Source of the DNA: Polyangiaceae bacterium
GTDB taxonomy: Bacteria; Myxococcota_A; Polyangia; Polyangiales; Polyangiaceae
Reading direction: 5' to 3'
DNA length: 64,000 bases
Assembly: GCA_965222375.1 (NCBI GenBank)
Contig: CBDCTZ010000014.1
Span: 512,001-576,000 of the forward strand
Position numbers and translations under genes: made by a program. Shown one piece after another: positions 57,394 to 64,000 of the stretch (position 1 is the stretch's first letter; every line of letters begins with the position of its first letter). The notes beneath the pieces are model-generated. The model saw only the letters and a list, made by a program, of their open reading frames with translations. It was not told the DNA's origin and did not search any database.

Positions 57394-57840
57394 ATGGGCC
57401 TAGACAGCGGGCCGGCCGGCTTCTTCACGCAAGATCACCGGGATTGCGACTCGGCGTGGGCTGCCGTGGAGCAGGCCGTGGACGCTGGTGCGGGCGTTGC
57501 CGAGGCCTTCCAACGCTATGAGCGCTCCATGCAGCGGCACCTGGCCATGGAGGAAGAGGTGTTGTTTCCCGCGCTGGAACAAGCCACCGGAATGCAGGGC
57601 GGACCGACCATGGTGATGCGCATGGAGCACAAGCAAATGCGCGCAGTTCTTGACCAGATGCGCGCCGCGTCAGAGGCGGGTGAATTCGACGCTGTACTCG
57701 ATCACGGCGATACCCTGCTCATGTTGATCCAGCAGCACAACATGAAGGAAGAGGGCATGCTGTATCCCCTCGCCGAGCGTGTGCTGTCGGGCTCGTGGCA
57801 ACAACTGACGGCGCGTCTCGCAGAGTATGCCAAAGACTGA
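57394..57840 (+). CDS. Hemerythrin (HHE) domain protein
   Basis: DHRDCD, RHLAMEEEVLFP, MEHKQMR and QHNMKEEGMLYP motifs; AGGAG SD. Confidence 0.92.
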   Translation: MGLDSGPAGFFTQDHRDCDSAWAAVEQAVDAGAGVAEAFQRYERSMQRHLAMEEEVLFPALEQATGMQGGPTMVMRMEHKQMRAVLDQMRAASEAGEFDAVLDHGDTLLMLIQQHNMKEEGMLYPLAERVLSGSWQQLTARLAEYAKD

Positions 57841-57909
57841 GCGTGTGCTGTCGGGCTCGTGGCAACAACTGACGGCGCGTCTCGCAGAGTACGCCAAAGA
57901 CTGAGCGTG
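57775..57909. repeat. 64-bp direct tandem duplication of the hemerythrin 3' end
   Basis: Copies at 57775-57838 and 57839-57902 differ only at 57828 (T) versus 57892 (C); a 7-bp GAGCGTG recurs at 57903-57909. Confidence 0.95.
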
Positions 57910-58019
57910 CCCAACCGACTCGAGTCGTGTTTCGAGGCAATTGCCCGCCCCGAGGCGGTCGGGTGAGTCGAGGCGTCAGTTGACTTGGGCGCTATGTGCG
58001 CGAAAATGCTGCGGGGAGC

Positions 58020-59438
58020 ATGCAACTCAACCTTTCGCCCGGAGATGTCGTTGCTGAGAAGCTGCGCATCGTCCGGCAGATCGGCGAAGGCGGCATGGGT
58101 GCGGTGTTCGAGGTCGAGCACCTTTTCACTAAGCACCGCCGCGCCCTGAAGATGTTGCATGGCCAATGTCTGGCTAACCCCGATTCCGTGGAACGATTCC
58201 TGCGCGAGGCGTCGGCGGCCGGGCGAATCGGTAGCGCGCACATCGTCGAGACCTTCGACGCCGGCAAGCTGCCGACCGGGGAGCCCTACCTCGTCATGGA
58301 GCTGCTGGACGGTGAGTCCCTTGCGGACCGCCTCGCCCGCAAGAAGCAGCTTGGAGTCGACGAGACCATCGAGATCTTGATTCAAGCGGCCGAGGGCGTT
58401 CAAGCCGCCCACGAGGCGGGGATTGTGCATCGGGATCTCAAGCCCGACAACTTCTTCATCACCCGCGCATCGCCCCAGTTTTTGAAGATCCTGGATTTCG
58501 GCATTTCGAAATTCGACCAAGAGCGATTCGGAACCCGCAACGTCACCCAGGAGGGCGCTCTACTCGGCACGCCCTACTACATGGCGCCGGAACAGGTTCG
58601 GGGTGGCGAAGTAGACGCCGCGTCGGATGTGTACGCCCTGGGCGTCGTTCTGTACGAATGCCTGACCGGCAAGAAGCCCTTCGTGGCCGATACTCTGCCC
58701 GAGCTGAGCATCAAGATCTTCGAAGGCAGCTATGTGCCCCCGGACGTTTTTCGAGAGGAACTGTCGCCTCGGCTCTGCGATCTCATCGCCCGCACCATGT
58801 CACGGGACAAAGGCGACCGCCCCGAGGGCGCGGGGGCACTCAAGGACAAGCTCCGCGAGATCCAGGCAGAGCTGGGACAAGGCATGGCCAAGACCATCGC
58901 GGCGCCGTCCGCGCCGCCGCCTCCCAGCATCGAAAGAACCATGCTGCTGGACGTCGAGCCGAAACAGGCGGTGACCCAGCGGAGCGCCGATCCCCAAGGC
59001 GCGTCCTTGGGCGGCTTGGCCAGCACTGGCAACGTCGTGCTCCCGGAGGTGGCTGTCGCGCCCGCCAAGCGCCGCTGGCTGCCCCTTGCCGGGGTCGCCG
59101 CGCTCGTGGTCATTGGCGCTGCTGCCATCGGCCTTCGCTCCCAGCCGTCGTCCGGTGATGCTCTCGGCGCCGAGCCTAGCGCCAGCGGGGTGGGCGCCGA
59201 GCCGAGCCCACCGAGCATCGACATTGCGTCGTCCGGCGCCCCAGCGGCGCCCAAGACGGCGCTGCCAACAGGGTCCGCGTCCGCCTTGGCGCTGTCGCCG
59301 GCTGATTCGGGGGCAAAGGCCGCCGCCAAGCCAGCGCCGGCGGCAAAGCCTGCGGCTACCGGCGCGAAATCCACGAAACCGGCCACGGGAGACCGTGCCG
59401 AGAAACACGGTGTCGCTAAGGATAATCCCTTCGAGTAG
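58020..59438 (+). CDS. Hanks-type Ser/Thr protein kinase with TM segment
   Basis: GEGGMG, ALK, HRDLKPDN, DFG, GTPYYMAPEQ and DVYALG motifs; ATG 58020 with GGGGAG SD. Confidence 0.95.
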   Translation: MQLNLSPGDVVAEKLRIVRQIGEGGMGAVFEVEHLFTKHRRALKMLHGQCLANPDSVERFLREASAAGRIGSAHIVETFDAGKLPTGEPYLVMELLDGESLADRLARKKQLGVDETIEILIQAAEGVQAAHEAGIVHRDLKPDNFFITRASPQFLKILDFGISKFDQERFGTRNVTQEGALLGTPYYMAPEQVRGGEVDAASDVYALGVVLYECLTGKKPFVADTLPELSIKIFEGSYVPPDVFREELSPRLCDLIARTMSRDKGDRPEGAGALKDKLREIQAELGQGMAKTIAAPSAPPPPSIERTMLLDVEPKQAVTQRSADPQGASLGGLASTGNVVLPEVAVAPAKRRWLPLAGVAALVVIGAAAIGLRSQPSSGDALGAEPSASGVGAEPSPPSIDIASSGAPAAPKTALPTGSASALALSPADSGAKAAAKPAPAAKPAATGAKSTKPATGDRAEKHGVAKDNPFE

Positions 59439-59462
59439 AAAGACAGCTTCGGATCATCCCCG

Positions 59463-60938
59463 ATGCGCCAACTGATCGCTCTGCTACTGGCCGGGACGCT
59501 GCTGACTTCGGTCGCCGCCGCTCAAACCCCATCTGAGAGTCAGCGCAAGGAGGCTCGCGAGCGTTTCGATCGCGCCCTCAAGCTCTTCAACGCTGGGGAC
59601 GATGGGGGAGCGCTGGCGGAGTTCGAGCGCGCCTACGCGATCGTTCCGCATCCGCTGGTGCTCTTCAACATCGCCGGCGTGCACGCCGCGATGGGCCGGG
59701 CAGTCAAGTCCACGGATGCCTACGACAAGTTGCTCGCGAACCCAGGATCCCTTTCAGCCGCCAAGGTGGCTGAGGCCAGGACGCGCCGCGCAGAGCAGGC
59801 GGCTCGGGTGGCCCGACTGGAAGTCAAAACGAACGTGCCCGGCGCCAGTATCGAGATCGACGGCGTGGAGCGCGGCAAGAGCCCGAGCCCGCCCATTCGT
59901 GTTACCAGTGGGACGCATCGAGTCGCGGTGATTGCGGCCGGGCACAGTCCGGGACGCAAAGACATCAGTATTGCGGGAGGTCGCACCGAAAGCGTGGAGT
60001 TCACGCTGCAGCCCCTCGAGGGGCGCCTGGGCAGCATCGAAATCCAGACGGATGTGCCGGATTTGGAGGTCTTCCTGGACGGGGCCTCGGTGGGACGAAC
60101 GCCACTGTTGGGACCTGTCCCGGTGGCTCCTGGGCAGCGTCATATCGAGCTGCGCCGCGCAGGTTACCGCACCGAGAAACAAGCTGTGCAGGTTGCGGAC
60201 GGCGCGAATCTGAACCTCAAGTTTTCACCGGCGCCGGATCCGAGCGTGCCGGCGCGCGGTGCATTGGCACTGACCATCACGGAGCCAGAAGCGGTCGTGT
60301 TTCTCAACAACATGCCATGGGGGCCCTACTCGCGGGCGATTGCCTTGCCGTCTGGCAAGCACAAGCTGCGGGTCGAACGCTCCGGCTTCTTCCCGTTCGA
60401 GCGAGAGGTGGTGGTGCCTGCCACGGGCACCGAAACCGTCGCGGTGGATCTAGAGCCGACGCCGGACTACCGGGCGGACTATCGTGAGTCGACCCTGGAT
60501 CGCCAGCGGGTGGGATGGCTGGTGCTTGGTGCGGGCGCCGCGGTCATCGGAGGGTCGGCGGGGTTCTTGATTTGGAACCAGGGCAAGCTCAATGACGCTC
60601 AAGCGATCATCGACGAGAATCTCGCGCTGGGCGCCAAAGGTGGACCCTGCGAACCCGGTGTTGGACCGCAGGTGAGCACGGAGTTTTGTATCAGTGCGGG
60701 CCAAGCTGGCGAGCTCGCGGCTGACGACAAGGACAAGGCGAACTCCCGAGCCATCGTGGGCTGGACCATCTTAGGAGTTGGCGCCGTCGGCGCTGGCATT
60801 GGCGCGGTGTTCTTGCTCACCAACGATGACCCGGATCGCTACGAACCGCGGCCGGAAAGCGATGTGTTTGGCGGACTGCGACCGGGCGTGGCGGTGGGGC
60901 GCGAGCAGCTGTCCTTGGGCGTCTCCGGGCACTTCTAG
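59463..60938 (+). CDS. TPR plus PEGA domain protein
   Basis: Signal peptide, AL.EF.RAY...P...VLFNIA TPR, three PEGA-like repeats, TM helices and a C-terminal GVSGHF. Confidence 0.88.
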   Translation: MRQLIALLLAGTLLTSVAAAQTPSESQRKEARERFDRALKLFNAGDDGGALAEFERAYAIVPHPLVLFNIAGVHAAMGRAVKSTDAYDKLLANPGSLSAAKVAEARTRRAEQAARVARLEVKTNVPGASIEIDGVERGKSPSPPIRVTSGTHRVAVIAAGHSPGRKDISIAGGRTESVEFTLQPLEGRLGSIEIQTDVPDLEVFLDGASVGRTPLLGPVPVAPGQRHIELRRAGYRTEKQAVQVADGANLNLKFSPAPDPSVPARGALALTITEPEAVVFLNNMPWGPYSRAIALPSGKHKLRVERSGFFPFEREVVVPATGTETVAVDLEPTPDYRADYRESTLDRQRVGWLVLGAGAAVIGGSAGFLIWNQGKLNDAQAIIDENLALGAKGGPCEPGVGPQVSTEFCISAGQAGELAADDKDKANSRAIVGWTILGVGAVGAGIGAVFLLTNDDPDRYEPRPESDVFGGLRPGVAVGREQLSLGVSGHF

Positions 60939-61117
60939 GCGCGCTGGAAGACCCGGGCGCCATCAGGCCAAACCCCGCGCCACCGCGAGGGGAGGCGGCC
61001 GGACCTCGGGGAGTAGTGCGAGATTAGTGACCCAGCTCCGAGCCCGTGCCACGACCCCCAAAAAACCAAAGCTCCAGAGGCTGTAAGGTGTTCACTCTGC
61101 TGGGCGTTGGTTGGTGG

Positions 61118-61957
61118 ATGGGCCGAGGTGCGTCGAATCTAGTGCTGCTCCTGTTGGCTCTCGGTTGTGGAGCGACGGCGCAGAGCGGGGGGCGAAGCGG
61201 TGAGGCGGCTGCTGCCAGCGACCGCGGCATCTCGGACGAGCCCTATGAATCCGGCGAGGAGGGCGAGGGGGTCTTTGCCATGTTGGAGAGCGGCGAGTGT
61301 GTGTGGATCCCGCCAGAAGAGCATCGACGGATGCAGCAGGAGTCCCGCGCGAGCGCGCAGCGGGACTTGGTCGAGCACGACCGGGACTGTGCCAAAGGCG
61401 AGGGCTTTGCCTGCAGCTTGGCGGCGTACATCTTGGAAGAGGGCAACGCCGGTAACAAAGACCCGCGCCGCGCCGCGCAGTTTAGAAAACGCGCGGCGCA
61501 ACACTGGTCCACAGCCTGCAAGGGTGGGAATTTCGACGCTTGCGCGGCTCTGGGCGACGCCCTGGTAGAGGGGGAGGGTGTGCGTCGGAACCAAGCTCGT
61601 GGTCGGGAGCTTCAACTTTTCGCGATTCGCGGTCTGTCTCGGGGCTGCACGGCGGGGCGCGGCGACGACTGCCACGCCTTGGGTACGCGCTACATCCTGG
61701 GCGCTGGGGTCAAGCGGAGTTGGGACACCCAGCAGAAGTACTACGCACAGGCCTTCGCTCTGCGCAAAGCCGCATGCGATGCGGGCAGCTGGAACGGGTG
61801 TCGCGCCGCGGCTGGCCAAGTGGGCATCGGAGACGGCGTTGCCAGGGACCGCGCTGCGGCCAATCGACTGCACGATCGCGCGGTCGAGTTGGCGCTGAAG
61901 AAATGCGCCGACGAGGACGTAGCGGCCTGCGCCTACGTGCGCCGAGTCACGCGTTGA
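61118..61957 (+). CDS. Sel1-like/Hcp Cys-rich repeat lipoprotein
   Basis: LALG-C lipobox; repeated AC..G...AC..LG..Y..G.GV motifs. Confidence 0.8.
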   Translation: MGRGASNLVLLLLALGCGATAQSGGRSGEAAAASDRGISDEPYESGEEGEGVFAMLESGECVWIPPEEHRRMQQESRASAQRDLVEHDRDCAKGEGFACSLAAYILEEGNAGNKDPRRAAQFRKRAAQHWSTACKGGNFDACAALGDALVEGEGVRRNQARGRELQLFAIRGLSRGCTAGRGDDCHALGTRYILGAGVKRSWDTQQKYYAQAFALRKAACDAGSWNGCRAAAGQVGIGDGVARDRAAANRLHDRAVELALKKCADEDVAACAYVRRVTR

Positions 61958-61960
61958 GGC

Positions 61961-62518
61961 TCAGAGCTTAGAGGCGCTGACGGGTTGGGGCGGACAATCC
62001 GGCGAGCACCAGAACGAAAGCGACGCCGGCTTGGCGTGGGCGATCAGTCCAACCGTGAGCAGGAGTGCCACGACGAGCACTGCGGCGTGGCGTTGAGGGG
62101 TCCAACCACTCAGTTCGGTGGTGACGTGCTCCGCGGAGCGGCCTGGTAGGTGCCGCAGCGTACGTACGAAATCCCTGAGCTCCCTAGGGATGCGGACGCG
62201 ACGCGGCTTGGGCGCTGGCTCCCATTCCATGTTGGAGTCGGAGCGCGAGCCAGAGCCACCTCCGGCACCTGCTACGAAGGCCTCGATGCCCCGGGCTCGG
62301 TCGTAGCGACTGCGGCGCTCGTGATCGAGCAGCACCTGCGCCGCCAGGTTCAGCCGCGCCATGCGGGCGGCGGCACCTTCGTCGAGGGGATTCAGATCCG
62401 GGTGGCTGGCGTGGACCTGGCGCCGGTAGGCGCGCCGGATCTCCGGTTCCGAAGCGGCGGGCGAGACCCGCAAGACCGCGTACAAATCCAGGTTAATGAC
62501 GTCGCGGCCCAAGCGCAT
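61961..62518 (-). CDS. J-domain protein with C-terminal TM segment
   Basis: DLYAVL.V..AS..EIRRAYR....HPD.N..M..LN.A..VL.D...R..YD; ATG 62518 with GGAGG SD. Confidence 0.88.
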   Translation of the reverse strand: MRLGRDVINLDLYAVLRVSPAASEPEIRRAYRRQVHASHPDLNPLDEGAAARMARLNLAAQVLLDHERRSRYDRARGIEAFVAGAGGGSGSRSDSNMEWEPAPKPRRVRIPRELRDFVRTLRHLPGRSAEHVTTELSGWTPQRHAAVLVVALLLTVGLIAHAKPASLSFWCSPDCPPQPVSASKL

Positions 62519-62728
62519 GCAGATCCTCCCAGCCAGAAAAAGTCGCCAACGAAAGGCTGACACGCGCACTGCCGCAAAGTTCCGCGGTGCCGCACTTTCT
62601 TTGGGTCAATGGCAAAAGTTCAATAAATTCAGCTAGTTGTGAAGTCGTTGGAACTGCCCCTCGGGATCGGTGTCTTACAATTTCCGCATGCCACCTGACC
62701 GCCATCCGTCAGACTGAGTGAGCCAGCC

Positions 62729-63430
62729 ATGTTGCGCACGCGTTTCCTCCCTATCCTGCCTCTCGCGCTGAGCCTCGGCTGCGGCTCTTCGGTGCAGACC
62801 CAGCCGCCGGGCAAGCCGCCAACCCCCGCGACGGTGACGGTTTCCGAGCCGGGCGGGGACGCCCACGATGCGCACTGGGCGGCGCTGACGCGACAACTGA
62901 AGGAGCCCTGGGGCTGGCGAAACGACAAGGACGACCAGCTCCACGCGCCGCTGACGGATTGGGAGAAGTGGAAGCGAGTGCGCTACTGGGGCATCGAGCA
63001 CTTCACGGGCTTTCGCTACGGCGATGACCATCACGTCATCTCCATCGCTGTGGTGCTGGACATCAAACCGGGCAGCCGAACCAGTTCGGAGCTGTGCATG
63101 CGCCGATTCGAGACCTGGGCGCGTCCACAGATGCGAGGCTACGAAATCGTGCTCGGCGACTTCGGCTATCACGAGGCGATCTGGCGTGACAAACCCCTCA
63201 AGATAAAGAGCGTGGACGGCCATATCGACACGGCCTTCTCACGCAAGCGCTTCTCGGCGGCCTGGGCGGCGTACGCGGCGTACCCGGACGCGTGCTTGGT
63301 CTACGCCATGGCCGTTCCCTGGCGCTCCCAGCCTGGCTTGGCCAAAAAGGTGCGAGACCGTTGGGTCAAAGAGGCTTTCGACAAGATGAACCCCAAGACC
63401 GAGACGCGCCCCTACCGCAAAGAGAAGTAG
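62729..63430 (+). CDS. Hypothetical lipoprotein
   Basis: LSLG-C lipobox; Trp-rich globular domain. Confidence 0.75.
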   Translation: MLRTRFLPILPLALSLGCGSSVQTQPPGKPPTPATVTVSEPGGDAHDAHWAALTRQLKEPWGWRNDKDDQLHAPLTDWEKWKRVRYWGIEHFTGFRYGDDHHVISIAVVLDIKPGSRTSSELCMRRFETWARPQMRGYEIVLGDFGYHEAIWRDKPLKIKSVDGHIDTAFSRKRFSAAWAAYAAYPDACLVYAMAVPWRSQPGLAKKVRDRWVKEAFDKMNPKTETRPYRKEK

Positions 63431-63468
63431 GCTCGCGGTCACCACGCTTTGGGCTAGGCTAGCGGCCC

Positions 63469-64000
63469 ATGTCCCTTCGCGTTGTTTCCTGGAACGTAAA
63501 CGGGATCCGGGCTTGCACGAAGAAGGGGCTTGGAAAGTGGCTACAGCGCAGCCGCGCCGGCATCGTGGGCCTGCAGGAAGTACGCGCCTTTGTCGAGCAA
63601 GTCCCGGAGGAGCTGCGGCGCAAACGCCTGCACCAGCTCTACGCGCCGGCTCAGCGCCCGGGCTATAGCGGGGTGGCGCTGCTTTCGAAGTTGGTCCCGG
63701 ACACGCACTTCACCGAGCTAGCTCGTCGCTTCGACGTCGAAGGGCGTTTGGTGGCTGCTCGTTTCGGTAAGCTACAGGTGCTCTCGGTCTACTTTCCCAA
63801 AGGCAGCGGAACCAATCGCGACAACAGTCGCATCCCCTACAAGCTTGCCTTCTACCGCGCGCTTCGCAGAAAGCTCGCGCCCATGTGTGCGGCCGGGGAG
63901 CGCATCTTGGTCATGGGCGACTTCAACACCGCCTATGCGGACATCGACCTCGCTCGGCCCAAACAGAACGTGGAAAACAGTGGCTTCCGGCCGGAAGAAC
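63469..64000 (+). CDS. xth: Exodeoxyribonuclease III / AP endonuclease (3' end runs off the window)
   Basis: Hand translation: MSLRVVSWNVNGIRA..GLQEVRA..GYSGVA..FDVEGR..SVYFPKG..R..YK..VMGDFNTA..IDLARP..N...SGF.PEE; absent from the ORF track. Confidence 0.95.
   Translation, partial: MSLRVVSWNVNGIRACTKKGLGKWLQRSRAGIVGLQEVRAFVEQVPEELRRKRLHQLYAPAQRPGYSGVALLSKLVPDTHFTELARRFDVEGRLVAARFGKLQVLSVYFPKGSGTNRDNSRIPYKLAFYRALRRKLAPMCAAGERILVMGDFNTAYADIDLARPKQNVENSGFRPEE

Noticed and set aside
57775..57909. CRISPR array or attachment site
   Set aside because: Only two directly abutting 64-bp copies with no spacers; no cas or integrase genes.
62570..62728. Heat-shock (sigma32-like) promoter for the J-domain gene in an AT-richer gap
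   Set aside because: Only a weak partial match; not supportable by eye.

Overview
A GC-rich, densely coding chromosomal segment, most likely from a myxobacterium (Myxococcota, probably Polyangiaceae/Polyangiales). That assignment is an inference from the MYXO-CTERM-type sorting tail, many Gly-rich lipoproteins, Hanks kinases with a PEGA/TPR partner, a PP2C-cNMP fusion and a TSP3/OmpA outer-membrane protein. Recognisable housekeeping genes are dnaK, murA-hisG, xseB, a cinA-like gene, radC, pcm, an RluA-family synthase, comEA, xth (partial) and tRNA-Ala(CGC). I saw no integrase, transposase, phage gene, rRNA or CRISPR array. Two edge-truncated genes missing from the ORF track were translated by hand: a Spondin_N lipoprotein at the left edge and xth at the right edge. 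Best candidates for undescribed biology: (1) a TetR regulator fused to two DUF2249 domains, coupled to a His-rich heme-copper-oxidase-like membrane protein and divergent from a hemerythrin, with a perfect 11-bp inverted-repeat operator between them; (2) a shared upstream architecture (sigma54-type -24/-12 element plus a TGGCG-N3-CGCCA palindrome) in front of both radC and a small-protein/comEA operon, suggesting a sigma54-controlled DNA-uptake regulon. Smaller signals include a pseudokinase, a pilin-head-like lipoprotein, a 1-nt frameshifted lipoprotein, a 64-bp tandem duplication and orphan operator palindromes. All family calls come from motif recognition by eye; no database searches were run.
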